DNA from: an uncultured Actinomycetes bacterium
GTDB taxonomy: Bacteria; Actinomycetota; Thermoleophilia; UBA2241
Direction: 5' to 3'
Length of the DNA stretch: 64,000 nt
NCBI GenBank assembly: GCA_963725665.1
Contig: CAVRZA010000002.1
Span: 512,001-576,000, forward strand
The notes beneath the pieces were generated by a model. The model was not told where the DNA came from. It searched no databases and was given only the letters and a program-made list of their open reading frames with translations. Shown piece by piece: positions 50,270 to 63,652 of this stretch. The first letter of the stretch is position 1. Every line of letters starts with the position of its first letter. A program made the translations under genes and the position numbers.

Positions 50270-50469
50270 CTTCAGTCCTCTGTGGCATGCTTCGCGCCCG
50301 ATCGGCCGGTCGCGAGAACATGTGAAGCGTATCACCAGCCCGGTCGCGCCGTCGTCCGTCGCCCCCGGGACCGTCTCGTCCGTTCTCTCGTCGCGGTGCT
50401 CTTGGAGGCCCGTCGGCCTTCCAGGCGGATACCCCTACGCCGCCCCGGGCGGTCGCGTGCGGTCGGTTC

Positions 50470-52458
50470 CTACCGCGAGTCGCGCACTCCGGTGAGGGCG
50501 TTGGGGTTCTCGACGCTTGAGAGGTCGCCGGGGTCCTGCTGCAGATAGGCCCGGCGGATGACGCCGCGCACGATCTTGCCCGAACGAGTCTTGGGCAGGG
50601 CATCGACGAAACGCACGTCGTCGGGGCGCAGCGTCTTGCCGAGCGCCGCGACGACCTGCTGCCGGAGTGCCGCGCGCAGATCCTCAGACTCCTCGACGGC
50701 GGGGTTCAGCACGACGAAACAGACGAGCGCCTCGCCCTTGATCTCGTGCGGCACGCCAATGGCGGCGGCTTCGGAGACCGCCGGGTGCTCGATGAGCGCC
50801 GCTTCGACCTCGGCCGGGCCGGTGCGGCGTCCGCTCACCTTGATCGTGTCGTCGGCGCGCCCGCGCAGGAACCAGAAGCCGTCGCCGTCGACGTAGGCCC
50901 AGTCGCCGTGGAACCACAGGTCGGGGCCGAAGCGGCTGAAATAGGTGTCGAGGTAGCGGTCGGGGTCGTTCAGGAAGCCCTTCGTCATGGACGGCGCCGG
51001 TCGCCGGCAGACGAGGTAGCCGAGCTGCTCGCGCACAGGTCGCGCGTCGTCGTCCACGCAGTCGACGGCCATGCCCAGCATCGGCCCGCGCAACGTCGTC
51101 GGCTTGAGGGCGCTGATCGGCAGCGGCATGAGGAAGCAGCCGACGATCTCGGTGCCGCCGGAGATGTTGATGATCGGTACGCGCCCGCCACCGACGCGCT
51201 CGAAGAACCACATGTACGAATCGGGGTCCCACGGCTCGCCCGTCGACCCCAGGTACTTGAGGCTGGAGAGGTCATAGCGGTCGGGGTCCGCCGGGCCCTC
51301 CTTCATGAGCAGGCGGATGGCCGTCGGCGAGATCCCCAGATGGGTGGCGCGCAACTCGGCGCAGACCTCCCAGAGGCGTCCCGGGTGGGGCCAGTCCGGC
51401 GCTCCTTCGAAGAGGACCACGGTCGCGCCGAAGAAGTGCACGCCGATGAGCTCCCAGGGTCCCATCATCCAGCCGATGTCGGTGAGCCAGAAGAAGACGT
51501 CGTCGGGTTTGACGTCGAAGGCGTAGCCGAGCTCCTTGGCCATCTGCGCCAGGCAGCCGGCGTGCGTGTGCACCGTCCCCTTGGGGCGTCCGGTCGTGCC
51601 CGAGGTGAAGATGATGATGGAGCGGTGCTCGGCCTCGAGGCTCTCGGTCGCGCACGTCTCGCCATGGGCGCCGAGGAACTCGTCCCACCAGACGTCGCGC
51701 CCCGGGGTCATCGGGCAGTCGATCGCCGCCTCAGTGCGCCGCTCGCCTCCCAGGCGGTCGACGACGACCACCGTCTCGATCCCCGCGTACTCCTCGATGG
51801 CGCGGTCGACCTCGGGCTTGATGGCGAAGGGCTTGCCCCGCCTCAGCGATCCGTCGGCGGTGAAGACTATCTTGCTGGCGCCGTCCTCGAGGCGCGTCGC
51901 CAGGGCGTGGGCGCCGAAGCCCGAGAAGACGGGGATGAGGACGGCTCCGATCTTGAGCGCCGCGTAGAAGACCGCCACGAGCTCGGGGACCATCGGCATG
52001 AAAAGGCCGACGGCGTCGCCTCGCTGCACGCCGGCGGCCCGCATGGCGTTGGCGACCCGGCAGACTTGGCGGTCGAGCTCGGCATAGGTGACCGTGCGCC
52101 GCTCGCCGCCCTCTGTGACCCACTCCAGGGCGGCGCGATCGCGACGCGGGCCATCCGCGTGACGATCGAGGCAGTTGCGCACCACGTTGAGCTTGCCGCC
52201 CACGAACCAGCGCGCCCAGGGGAAGCCCGCGATTCGTCGAGCACGGTGCTGTAGGGCTCGTCCCACTCCACGCCGAGGTCTGTGCAGCGCGGCGTCCCAG
52301 AACCAGGCCACGTCGGTCGTCGAACGCTCGACGAGCTCGTCGTAGGTGGAGACGCCGTGGGCGTCCATGAAGCGCCGCACGTTGCTCTTCTCGAGGTAGT
52401 CGCCGTACGGCTCCCAGATGATCCTGTCGGGGGCGGCCGGCGCCGACGCTTCGCCCAT
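50470..52458 (-). CDS. acs: AMP-forming acetyl-/acyl-CoA synthetase (compensating indels ~52230-52285)
   Basis: FTSGTTGRPKG, DIGWMMG, TGEPW, SGGTE, GRADD, PKTRSGK. Confidence 0.8.
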   Translation of the reverse strand: MGEASAPAAPDRIIWEPYGDYLEKSNVRRFMDAHGVSTYDELVERSTTDVAWFWDAALHRPRRGVGRALQHRARRIAGFPWARWFVGGKLNVVRNCLDRHADGPRRDRAALEWVTEGGERRTVTYAELDRQVCRVANAMRAAGVQRGDAVGLFMPMVPELVAVFYAALKIGAVLIPVFSGFGAHALATRLEDGASKIVFTADGSLRRGKPFAIKPEVDRAIEEYAGIETVVVVDRLGGERRTEAAIDCPMTPGRDVWWDEFLGAHGETCATESLEAEHRSIIIFTSGTTGRPKGTVHTHAGCLAQMAKELGYAFDVKPDDVFFWLTDIGWMMGPWELIGVHFFGATVVLFEGAPDWPHPGRLWEVCAELRATHLGISPTAIRLLMKEGPADPDRYDLSSLKYLGSTGEPWDPDSYMWFFERVGGGRVPIINISGGTEIVGCFLMPLPISALKPTTLRGPMLGMAVDCVDDDARPVREQLGYLVCRRPAPSMTKGFLNDPDRYLDTYFSRFGPDLWFHGDWAYVDGDGFWFLRGRADDTIKVSGRRTGPAEVEAALIEHPAVSEAAAIGVPHEIKGEALVCFVVLNPAVEESEDLRAALRQQVVAALGKTLRPDDVRFVDALPKTRSGKIVRGVIRRAYLQQDPGDLSSVENPNALTGVRDSR

Positions 52459-52896
52459 GTCCCGTCTCCTTTCGTGGGCCGCCTCCCGTGCGGCCGCGGG
52501 CTTGTCGAGCGTCGCACGTGGCGCGATCCGCCCTACAGCCTGGAAGGAAGCTCCCCACCTCAGTGCCGAGATTGGGCGATTGTAGGAGTCGTCGGAGGCC
52601 GGGGCAACGACGCGCGCCACGCGCCGGCGCGCGATGCTGCCGTGGGCAAGAGGTGCGGGGGCCCTCTGTACATGACTACCGCGCTTCAGAGGCTCGTGCC
52701 GTCTACGCTCGACAGAATGGCCTCACGCAGTCCGGCACAACGACGAGCGGCTAGCGGAGCAGTCTCCCGTTTCGGCCGATCTCCACAGCGCACCCGGTGT
52801 CTATCGCCGCGCATTGCGGCGCGTCCTGATGGATGCGAGGAGGCTGCAGTACCACGCCGGGGAGCGTGAGCCACTCATCGCGCATTGGTGGGGTAC

Positions 52897-54192
52897 TCAG
52901 GGCGCGTACAACACGTAGTACGCCGGGACGTACAGAAGGCTCGCGACGACGAGCGTGAAGAGCATCGTCGGGAGGCCGCGCCTCGTCCAATAGGCCGAGG
53001 TGATCGGGTGCTGGGTGCGCTCCGAGAGACTGGCGACCACGACATTGGCGGAGGCACCGATGATGGTGCCGTTACCGCCGAGGCCGGCGCCGAAGGCGAG
53101 CGCCCACCAGAGGGCCTCCACATCGACGCCTTCCTTCTGCAGTCCGAGGATAACGGGGATCAGGGCGATGGTGATGGGGATGTTGTCGACCACCGCCGAC
53201 AGCAGGCCGACCACCCAGATCACGGCGATGCCCACAAGCACGGGGTTCACGTCCTTGAGGCCCACGAGGCTCTCCGCCGCCTTCTCGAGCACCCCCGACG
53301 CTTCCAGTCCCCCGACCATCACGAACAGGCCCGTGAAGAAGACGAGCACGCTCCACTCGACACGCTGGACGGTCTCGTGCACGTCGGGCCGCACCCAGAG
53401 CAGGGCGGCGGCGGCCCCGACGAAGGCGATCATCGATGGCGCCATGTGCAGCGGCCCCTGCAGCACGAAGAGCACGATGACGCCGGCGAAGACGATGATC
53501 GTCTTGCGAGCGGTGGGCCAGTCGCGTATCTCCTTCTTTGGGTCGAGCTGCTCAAGCTCTTGGAAGCGGGCCGGCTCGACCCGCAGCTCCCCGCCGATGA
53601 GGTAGCGCAGCACGAACAGGCTGGCGATCCAGATACCGATGACCACGGGCAGGGAGTTCACGATAAAGTCGTTGAAGCTCAGCCCGGACGCGGAGCCGAT
53701 GATGATGTTGGGCGGATCACCGATGAGGGTGGCGATGCCACCGATGTTGGAGAGCAGCGCCTCGGAGAGCAGGAACGGCGCCGGGCTGACCTCGAACATC
53801 TCGCAGAGGACGATGGTGACCGGCGCCATCACGACGACGGTCGTGACGTTGTCGAGGAACATCGAGACGACGGACGTCACGAGGCCGAGCAGCACCATGA
53901 GCCGGAACGGCCTTCCCTTCGATGCCCGTCCGGCCCACAGGGCGAGGAACTCAAAGACGCCGGTGGGGGCGAGGATGGCGACGATGATCATCATCCCCAG
54001 GAGCAGGCCGATGGTGTTGAAGTCGACGGCGAGAAGAGCTTCGCCCTCGTTGTAGAAACCCAGCAGCTTACCGACACCGACCATGATGACCGCGCCCACC
54101 ATGGCCAGGATGGTCCGGTGCGCCTTCTCCGTCAGAATGAGGACCAGAGTGACGATGAAGATCGCTAGCGCTATGAGCATCTCTGCGGTCAT
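52897..54192 (-). CDS. ArsB/NhaD (CitMHS/P-protein-like) ion transporter
   Basis: FLDNVTT, SNIGGIATLIGDPPN, VDNIP, GGNGTIIGASAN. Confidence 0.88.
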   Translation of the reverse strand: MTAEMLIALAIFIVTLVLILTEKAHRTILAMVGAVIMVGVGKLLGFYNEGEALLAVDFNTIGLLLGMMIIVAILAPTGVFEFLALWAGRASKGRPFRLMVLLGLVTSVVSMFLDNVTTVVVMAPVTIVLCEMFEVSPAPFLLSEALLSNIGGIATLIGDPPNIIIGSASGLSFNDFIVNSLPVVIGIWIASLFVLRYLIGGELRVEPARFQELEQLDPKKEIRDWPTARKTIIVFAGVIVLFVLQGPLHMAPSMIAFVGAAAALLWVRPDVHETVQRVEWSVLVFFTGLFVMVGGLEASGVLEKAAESLVGLKDVNPVLVGIAVIWVVGLLSAVVDNIPITIALIPVILGLQKEGVDVEALWWALAFGAGLGGNGTIIGASANVVVASLSERTQHPITSAYWTRRGLPTMLFTLVVASLLYVPAYYVLYAP

Positions 54193-54594
54193 TGCCCCTG
54201 TGCCTATGCCGCCCTCACCCCTGGCCCGGTTCGAGACCACGCAAGGGGCGCACCGGGTGAAGTGCATCTTCGACACCGGTGACGCCACCGAGACGTGCGA
54301 CAAGCATACCGTGGTGGCAGTTGGCACCCGAGCCAGGACCGCGCTAGCGGTCTCCGAGCACTCGTCTCGCATGTCCGGTCTCCGCGGCGCAGCGGGTTCG
54401 TTCTCTGCACCACCTTGGGCTGTTCAGTCGGCTCACAGGGCGTGAGTCCGGCCGGGAAGAAAGCGAGGACCGATGTGCCAAGGGCACGCCGCTGCCGTCG
54501 CGATCGTCCACGTGGGCCTCCTTGGCGGGCGCATACCGCGTCGCGCGCCTGGTCGATATACTGCGCTTCGGTCCCGGCTCTCCTAGGAGGCACC

Positions 54595-55464
54595 ATGACG
54601 GCCGTTGGCGACGAGGCGATGGTGGGCATCATCGGCGGCTCGGGTTTCTACGAGCTGCTCGAGGACGCGCGCGAGGTGGCCCTGGAGACGCCGTTCGGCG
54701 CCCCGAGCGACGTCTACTTCGTGGGCGTGATCGGCGGCGTACCTGTGGCGTTCCTGCCGCGTCACGGGCGCGGTCATCGCATCATGCCCGGCGAGATCAA
54801 CTACCGCGCCAACATCTGGGGCATGAAGGCCCTGGGGGTCCGCTACCTGATCTCCGCCAGCGCCGTGGGCAGCCTGCGCGAGGACCTCAAGCCTCTCGAC
54901 ATCGTCGTGCCCGACCAGCTCTTCGACCGCACGAAGGCGAGGGTGTCGACCTTCTTCGGGGAAGGTGTCGTCGTGCACATGGGCTTCGCCGACCCGTTCT
55001 GCGCCTATGCCTCGAAGCGCCTGTTCGAGGAGGGGCGGGCCGTCGGCGCGACGGTGCACGCCGGCGGCACGTACGTCTGTATCGAAGGCCCGCAGTTCTC
55101 GACGCGCGCGGAGTCGCACGTCTACCGGCAGATGGGCTTCGACATCATCGGCATGACGAATCTGCAGGAGGCCAAGCTGGCCCGCGAGGCGGAGCTCTGC
55201 TACGCCACCATGGCTCTTGTGACCGACTACGACGTATGGTACGAAGGCGGTGAGGACGTGACCCTCGAGCAGGTTCTCTCCAACGTGCGCCGCAACGTCG
55301 AGACGGCCCAGACGATCGTGCGCCGCGTCGTGCCGGCGCTCGACCTCGAGCGCGACTGCGGCTGCCGGCACGCGGTGGAGAACGCGGTGAACACGCCGTC
55401 CGAGCTGATCCCCGCGGCGACGAAGGAGAAGCTCGACCTGCTCATCGGCAAGTACATCTCGTAG
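54595..55464 (+). CDS. mtnP: S-methyl-5'-thioadenosine phosphorylase
   Basis: GIIGGSG, PRHG, EGPQFSTRAES, GMT, VTDYD. Confidence 0.92.
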   Translation: MTAVGDEAMVGIIGGSGFYELLEDAREVALETPFGAPSDVYFVGVIGGVPVAFLPRHGRGHRIMPGEINYRANIWGMKALGVRYLISASAVGSLREDLKPLDIVVPDQLFDRTKARVSTFFGEGVVVHMGFADPFCAYASKRLFEEGRAVGATVHAGGTYVCIEGPQFSTRAESHVYRQMGFDIIGMTNLQEAKLAREAELCYATMALVTDYDVWYEGGEDVTLEQVLSNVRRNVETAQTIVRRVVPALDLERDCGCRHAVENAVNTPSELIPAATKEKLDLLIGKYIS

Positions 55465-55537
55465 GGGACTAAGAGCGGCCGCCGGCTGGCGGAGTCCAGA
55501 GCCGGCGGCCGCCTGCGGGAGTGAAAGGAGCTGGAGC

Positions 55538-57680
<2,143 letters not shown>

Positions 57681-57857
57681 GGAGCCGCGCGGGAAGACTC
57701 CTGCGCAGCCGGCAGACGGGCGGGACGAGGCGGGGGCGCCGCGCCGTGAGGCGCGGCGCCCCCGCCTCGAGGTGTCCGCCCCCGCCCTTGCGGGCCAACC
57801 TTCGCGGTGCTAGCGTTGCGAGCTTGGGTCGGGAGCCTGAGAGAGAACACGTGGGAC

Positions 57858-58016
57858 ATGCACAGGACTCGTCAGATCTTCTCCGTCGTCTTCGTCGTTC
57901 TCGGCGCGGCTCTGCTCGTGCGCGGCCTCTGGGCGGGCGTCTGGCCGCTCTCGATTCAGACGATCGCAGGGGCGCTCCTCCTCGCCATGGGAGTGCTGCG
58001 CCTGCGCTACTCGTAG
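57858..58016 (+). CDS. Small two-TM membrane protein
   Basis: 52-aa hydrophobic ORF preceding the APC permeases. Confidence 0.5.
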   Translation: MHRTRQIFSVVFVVLGAALLVRGLWAGVWPLSIQTIAGALLLAMGVLRLRYS

Positions 58017-58098
58017 CAGTGCCTCACCGGGCGCGAAACGGCGAGGCGGCGTCCTCGCCGGTCACGGGAGCCACGATCCAGTCTGAGGCGGCCGCCTG

Positions 58099-60279
58099 AT
58101 GGCGCGGCGCAAGAAACGCGAGGGGCAGAGCCTTCACAGGGTGCTGGGCGTGCCTGCGCTCTTCAGCACCGCCTACGGCAACGTCGGCTCTTCGATCTAC
58201 TACGCCCTCGGCGTCGTCGCGCTGTCGGCGCTGGGACTCACACCACTCGTCTTCCTGCTGACCGGGCTGCTGTTCGCCACGACCGCCTGGTCGTACGCCG
58301 AGGCGACCGCCATGCTGCCCGAGGCGGGCGGCTCGTCAAGCTTCGCGCGTCGTGCCTTCAACGAGTTCTGGAGCTTCGGGGCCGGCTGGGCGCTGATGCT
58401 CGACTACATCATCACCATCGCCATCTCGGCCTTCTTCGTGCCCAACTACCTGGCGGCCTTTTGGCCGGTCCTCAAGTTCTGGCCGTACAACTCGATCGGC
58501 GGCATCATCGTCATCGCGTTCCTCGTGGTCATCAACGTGATCGGCATCAAAGAGGCCGCGCGCCTGAACGTCGTCCTGGCCGTCCTCGACCTCTTCACCC
58601 AGGTCCTCATCATGATCGTCGGGGTGATCCTGCTGCTCGCACCACGCCTGCTGCTGGACCAGATTCACCTCTGGACGGCGCCGACGTTCAAGCAGTTCGT
58701 CTACGGCATCTCCATCGGTACGGTCGCCTACACGGGCATCGAGACCATCTCCAACATGTCCGAAGAAGCGGCCAACCCGAATCGCGACGTCCCGCGCTCG
58801 ATCAACATGGTGCTCGCCGTGGTCCTCGTGGTGTACCTGGGCATGTCGCTCGTAGCTCTTTCGGCCATGCCGGTGCGCTACAACGTCCTCCCGTACGACC
58901 CGGCCAGCGGGAAGACCCAAGCCGTGCCGGTCGTGCAGGGTATCGGCTTGCCGGACGGGGAGTACGTCTTCAAGAACGATCCTCGGCAGAAGGTGTACAT
59001 ACCAGTCAAGGATCCCGGGGCAAGCGAGACGGTCATCGAGCCGACGAAGCCCAATGGCGACGTCTACCAACTCAACGGGCGACCCGTGACCAACGTGTAC
59101 GGCACGCTGCTGGGCAGCGTGTATCTGCAAGACCCCGTGCAAGGAGTCGTCACCCACATGCCGGCGGAGCTCTCCTGGCTCAAGGCGATCCTCAAGCCGT
59201 GGGTCGGTATCCTGGCCGCCACCATCCTGGTAATCGCCACCAACGCCGGCATCATCGGTGTCTCCCGTCTCACGTACTCGCTGGCGCAGCACCGTCAGGT
59301 GCCACCGATCCTCGGTCGCGTGCACGTCACGCGAATGACGCCGTACGTCGCCATCGTCGTCTTCGGCGTGGTCGCTTCCATTCTGATCGTGCCCGGGAGC
59401 ACAGCGTTGCTCGCCGACCTCTACGCATTCGGGGCCATGCTGTCGTTCACGGCAGCCCACGTGTCGGTGATCCGGCTGCGGCTCAAGGAGCCGAGTCTAG
59501 AGCGGCCGTTCCGTGCGCCGTTGAACATCCCCTTCCGGGGCACGACCGTGCCGCTCACCGCAGTCGTCGGCGCTGTGGGCACGTTCTCGGTATGGATCGT
59601 CGTCGTGTTGACGCACGCGGAGGGACGTGCCGTAGGCCTGACGTGGATGGCTGCCGGTCTCGTGACGTACGTCATCTATCGCAAGGCGAAAGGCCTGTCT
59701 CTGACGGAGACGGTCAAGGCGGCTCCTCTGCCGGCCTACGTGCAGGCGGACATCGTCTACGACCAGCTCCTCGTGCCCCTCGTGGGCTCTCAGGTGACCG
59801 ATGAGATGGTGGTGCTCGCCTGTCAGCTCGCCACTGAGCGCAACTCGTCCATCGACGCTCTCTACGTGATCGAGGTGCCGATGAACCTGCCGCTCGACGC
59901 ACGGCTGACCCAGGAACGCGAGAGGGCCAAGCAGGTGCTCGACCGCGCGGCCGTCATCGCCGACCAGTTCGGCGTGAAGATGACGCCCATCGTCGTGACG
60001 GCGCGGCAGGCCGGACGGGCGATCTGCGAAGAAGCGGCGGCGAGGCGCTCGGAGGTCATCATCCTCGGTGCCGCGCGCAAGCGTCGCATCGCCGAGCGCG
60101 TGTTCGGGCGCACGATCGATTACGTTCTGGATCAGGCGCCCTGCGAGGTGCTGATCAACGTCGTGACCAAGGGGTATGGAGAGCAGTCCGAGCAGCTCGC
60201 GGCCGTCGGCGCCGTCGCGGAACCGGCCCTCGAGGACCCGCCTGGCGAGCCGTCGCGAGCCCCGACCGGAGAGGCGTAA
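58099..60279 (+). CDS. APC-superfamily permease fused to C-terminal USP domain (possible K+ transporter)
   Basis: AYGNVGSSIYY TM1, PEAGGS, YTGIETIS; USP end FGRTIDYVLDQAPCEV. Confidence 0.85.
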   Translation: MARRKKREGQSLHRVLGVPALFSTAYGNVGSSIYYALGVVALSALGLTPLVFLLTGLLFATTAWSYAEATAMLPEAGGSSSFARRAFNEFWSFGAGWALMLDYIITIAISAFFVPNYLAAFWPVLKFWPYNSIGGIIVIAFLVVINVIGIKEAARLNVVLAVLDLFTQVLIMIVGVILLLAPRLLLDQIHLWTAPTFKQFVYGISIGTVAYTGIETISNMSEEAANPNRDVPRSINMVLAVVLVVYLGMSLVALSAMPVRYNVLPYDPASGKTQAVPVVQGIGLPDGEYVFKNDPRQKVYIPVKDPGASETVIEPTKPNGDVYQLNGRPVTNVYGTLLGSVYLQDPVQGVVTHMPAELSWLKAILKPWVGILAATILVIATNAGIIGVSRLTYSLAQHRQVPPILGRVHVTRMTPYVAIVVFGVVASILIVPGSTALLADLYAFGAMLSFTAAHVSVIRLRLKEPSLERPFRAPLNIPFRGTTVPLTAVVGAVGTFSVWIVVVLTHAEGRAVGLTWMAAGLVTYVIYRKAKGLSLTETVKAAPLPAYVQADIVYDQLLVPLVGSQVTDEMVVLACQLATERNSSIDALYVIEVPMNLPLDARLTQERERAKQVLDRAAVIADQFGVKMTPIVVTARQAGRAICEEAAARRSEVIILGAARKRRIAERVFGRTIDYVLDQAPCEVLINVVTKGYGEQSEQLAAVGAVAEPALEDPPGEPSRAPTGEA

Positions 60280-60287
60280 GGGGCACC

Positions 60288-62447
60288 GTGGCGCGCCGCA
60301 AGCATCCGGAACCGAGGGTGCCGGGAGCGGGTCTGCGAGGCGGCCGCCTGTTCGGTGTCGCCTACGGTCACGTGGGCTGGGCGGTCCTGTGGACACTGGG
60401 CCTCGTGGGGCTCTACGCGCTCGGCGTCAGCCCCATCGTCTTCTTGGTGGCCGGCGCGCTGCTCGCCGTCACCTGCCTGTCGTACGCGGAGCTCGTCTCC
60501 GCCCTTCCCGCAGCGGGCGGGGCGGCGGGCTTCGGCGCCCGTGCCCTGAACCAGCTCGTGGGCTTTGCCGCCGGATGGGGCCTCCTCCTTGACAGCGTCA
60601 TCCTCGCTTCCCTGGCCGCCTTGTTCGTACCGCACTATCTGGCCGTGTTCTGGCCCACGTTGAGCGGACGGCCATACGACGGTATCGCGGCTGCCGTGAC
60701 CCTCGCCCTCCTCGTCGTGCTCGGCGTCGTCGGTCTGAGGAGCCCCGGCTGGATCGTCGGTGTGCCGGCCATCCTGGCGCTCGTGACCGAGGCGTTCCTC
60801 ATCGTGATCGGGCTGATCCTGACGTTCTCGCCGAAGGTCGTCGTGGACCAGATCGATCTCGGCGTGGCCCCGACGTGGGCGCACCTCTTCTACGCCATCC
60901 CGATCGCGGTCGCCGCGTTTGCGGGTATCGATGCCGTCTCGAGCATGACCGAGGACGTCGCTCAGCCGCAGGTCAGAGTGCCCGCCGTCCTCTCCCGCTC
61001 GCTGCCGCTGGCGGCGGTCGTGAGCATCCTTCTCAGCCTTGTCGCTCTCTCCGCTCTGCCCGTGTCGTCGAACGTCGTGCCGGTGGACACCACCACGGGA
61101 CGTACCGTCCCGGTCGCGGTGCTTCCGGCCGGCGATGGTGACGGCTACGTCTTGGCCGGTGATCGGGGTACCGTCGTCGTCTTGCCCGTCGAGAAGCACG
61201 GAACCTCGTACGTCATCCCGGCCCAGCGTCCTACGGGCCCGGTGTTCCAACAGGCTGGCCGGACGATGACTCGCATCTTCGGCACGCAGGTCGGGGGTGC
61301 CTACCTGGAGGATCCCCTCGAGGGGATCGTGGCCGCAGTGCCCAAGGAGGCGGGTTGGCTGAGGGACTTGATGCGGCCCTTGGTCGCGGCTCTTGCTGCG
61401 GCGGTCCTCCTCGTGGCGGCGTTCTTGACGCTCGCCGGCTCGTCCCGACTGCTGTACGGGCTCGCGCGCGAGCGGCAACTACCGGCTCTCTTCGGCCGGG
61501 TCTACGCGACGAGCATGAGGCCCTACGTGAGCATCACACTGTGCGGTCTCGCCGCCGTCGCTCTCGTGTTGCCCGGGCGTGCGCTCCTCTTGGCCGAGCT
61601 GCTCGGCTTCGGCTTCGCGCTGACGATCGTCGTCGTGAATCTGGCGGCCGTCGCCCTGCGCTACCGGGAGCCGGGCCTCGCGCGACCCTTCCGCATGCCG
61701 GGGAACGTGAGGGTCCGGGGCGGCTCTCTGCCGGTGTTGGCGATCGCCGGTGCGGTGGGTGGCTTGGCGGTCTGGGCGGCGATGATCGTCACCCACCCCG
61801 TCGGGCGCTGGACCGGGTTCGCATGGATGGGTGCGGGCCTCCTCGTCTACGTGCTGTACAGGAGGGCGGCGGGCTATCCGCTCCTTCGTCCGGCAGCCGG
61901 CGTTCGTCTGCCGAAAGCGGCCGCCGTCGACGTCGTGTACGACCAGATCCTGGTCCCGGTGATCGGCACGAGGCTCACCGACGAGATGCTCGTCCTCGCT
62001 TGCCAGTTGGCGACGGAGAAGGCGTCCTCCATCGATGCCTTGAACGTCCTCGAAGTGCCTCTGGACCAGCCGCTCGACGCCGCTCTCGACCTCGAGCGGC
62101 GCCGGGCGCAGAAGATCGTCGAACTCGCCACCGCCACGGCGGGCGAGTTCGGCGTCGAGGCGCGCGGCAACGTCGTCGCTGCGCGCAGCGCGGGCAAGGC
62201 TATCGTCGACTTCGCCACGCAGCGCAAGTCTGAGGTCATCTTCCTGGGGGCGCCGAGGAAGCGGCGGACCCAGGATCGCATCTTCGGAGACACCGTGTCG
62301 TACGTGTTGCGGCACGCACCCTGCGAGGTCATAGTTAACCTCGTGCCGTCAGGCTATCCACTGGGTGGATCGGCCGACGAGGTCCTCTTGTCTCTTACCA
62401 GTGACCCCGGCGGCGACGACGCCAGTGACGCGCCAGAGAGGAAGTGA
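60288..62447 (+). CDS. Second, more degenerate APC-USP paralog
   Basis: Colinear with previous gene; YDQILVPVIG..LACQLATE..FGDTVSYVLRHAPCEV. Confidence 0.82.
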   Translation: MARRKHPEPRVPGAGLRGGRLFGVAYGHVGWAVLWTLGLVGLYALGVSPIVFLVAGALLAVTCLSYAELVSALPAAGGAAGFGARALNQLVGFAAGWGLLLDSVILASLAALFVPHYLAVFWPTLSGRPYDGIAAAVTLALLVVLGVVGLRSPGWIVGVPAILALVTEAFLIVIGLILTFSPKVVVDQIDLGVAPTWAHLFYAIPIAVAAFAGIDAVSSMTEDVAQPQVRVPAVLSRSLPLAAVVSILLSLVALSALPVSSNVVPVDTTTGRTVPVAVLPAGDGDGYVLAGDRGTVVVLPVEKHGTSYVIPAQRPTGPVFQQAGRTMTRIFGTQVGGAYLEDPLEGIVAAVPKEAGWLRDLMRPLVAALAAAVLLVAAFLTLAGSSRLLYGLARERQLPALFGRVYATSMRPYVSITLCGLAAVALVLPGRALLLAELLGFGFALTIVVVNLAAVALRYREPGLARPFRMPGNVRVRGGSLPVLAIAGAVGGLAVWAAMIVTHPVGRWTGFAWMGAGLLVYVLYRRAAGYPLLRPAAGVRLPKAAAVDVVYDQILVPVIGTRLTDEMLVLACQLATEKASSIDALNVLEVPLDQPLDAALDLERRRAQKIVELATATAGEFGVEARGNVVAARSAGKAIVDFATQRKSEVIFLGAPRKRRTQDRIFGDTVSYVLRHAPCEVIVNLVPSGYPLGGSADEVLLSLTSDPGGDDASDAPERK

Positions 62448-62456
62448 ACGAGAGAG

Positions 62457-62879
62457 ATGTATGTGGTCATCGCGGGCTGTGGACGTGTGGGCTCGGGGAT
62501 CGCCAAGGTGCTCGTGGCCGAAGGCCACGACGTGACCGTCATCGACGAGAGCGACGACTCGTTCGAGCTGCTCGGCGACGACTTCCCCGGGCGGTTCGTG
62601 ACCGGTGCAGCCATCGACTGGGATGTGCTCAAGGAGGCCGGCATCGAGGGCGCGGACGCCTTCGTCGCCGTCACCGACGGCGACAACACCAACATCGTGT
62701 GCGCCCAGATCGCTCAGGAGGAGTTCGAGGTCACCTGCTCGGTCGCCAGGGTGTACGACCCCGCGCGCGCCGAGCTCTTCGCCGCCACAGGTGTGCGCAC
62801 GGTCTGTCCCACGCGGGATGCGCGGTCGTTGCTGCTCGACGCCGTCCACTCCTGTCAGTTGCCGCAGAGGGAGAAGTAG
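62457..62879 (+). CDS. trkA: TrkA-N (RCK_N) domain protein
   Basis: IAGCGRVG, AVTDGDNTN. Confidence 0.85.
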   Translation: MYVVIAGCGRVGSGIAKVLVAEGHDVTVIDESDDSFELLGDDFPGRFVTGAAIDWDVLKEAGIEGADAFVAVTDGDNTNIVCAQIAQEEFEVTCSVARVYDPARAELFAATGVRTVCPTRDARSLLLDAVHSCQLPQREK

Positions 62880-62882
62880 GCC

Positions 62883-63593
62883 ATGTTCGTGCTCATCGTC
62901 GGCGCCGGCAAAGTCGGTCTCAACACCGCCCGGAGCCTTACCCACATGGGTCATGAGGTGATCGTCGTCGAGCAGCGACGCATGCGCTACAACCTGCTGC
63001 TGCCCGAGCTCGAGGAGAAGCTGCTCTTCGGCGACGGCACCGAGATCTACGTCCTCGAGAGGGCCGGGATCGCCAGGGCCGACATGGTGGCTGCGGTGAC
63101 GGGCGACGACGAGGACAACGTCATCATCGCGGAGATAGCCCGGCTCAAGTACAAGGTGCCGAAGGTCGTCGCGCGCGTGAACAACCCGCGCAACCAGGCC
63201 ACCTTCGACCTGCTCGGCGTCGATGCCACCGTGTGTGCGGCGACGCTGCTCATCTCGCTGATCCAGCACGAGCTTCCCGTGCACAAGTACGTGCCGATGC
63301 TGAAGTTCAAGCGGGAGGGCGTCGAGCTGGTCGAGCTCCAAGTGAGCGAGGAGTCCCCGTTCGCCAACCGCACCATCCGCGACATCCAGCTTCCCGAAGG
63401 GGTGCTGCTCATCGCCATCCTGCGCACCGACGAGACGCTGCTCGCCCGCGGGAGCGAGACGCTGCTGCCCGACGACCACGTGCTGTGTCTGCTGGACCCG
63501 GCCAAGGAGAAGGAGCTCATCCACATCTTCTTGCCTAGCGAGCGGCCTGAGGACGTGCAGGCCGAGACGGGCATCGACGTGCTCACCGACTAG
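62883..63593 (+). CDS. trkA: TrkA RCK_N + RCK_C protein
   Basis: VGAGKVG, AVTGDDEDN, RCK_C. Confidence 0.88.
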   Translation: MFVLIVGAGKVGLNTARSLTHMGHEVIVVEQRRMRYNLLLPELEEKLLFGDGTEIYVLERAGIARADMVAAVTGDDEDNVIIAEIARLKYKVPKVVARVNNPRNQATFDLLGVDATVCAATLLISLIQHELPVHKYVPMLKFKREGVELVELQVSEESPFANRTIRDIQLPEGVLLIAILRTDETLLARGSETLLPDDHVLCLLDPAKEKELIHIFLPSERPEDVQAETGIDVLTD

Positions 63594-63652
63594 AGCGACG
63601 CGGTGGGTTAGCCAGCGGCGAGAGACTCTGCGACCCCGGGCGGGGGGGTGCC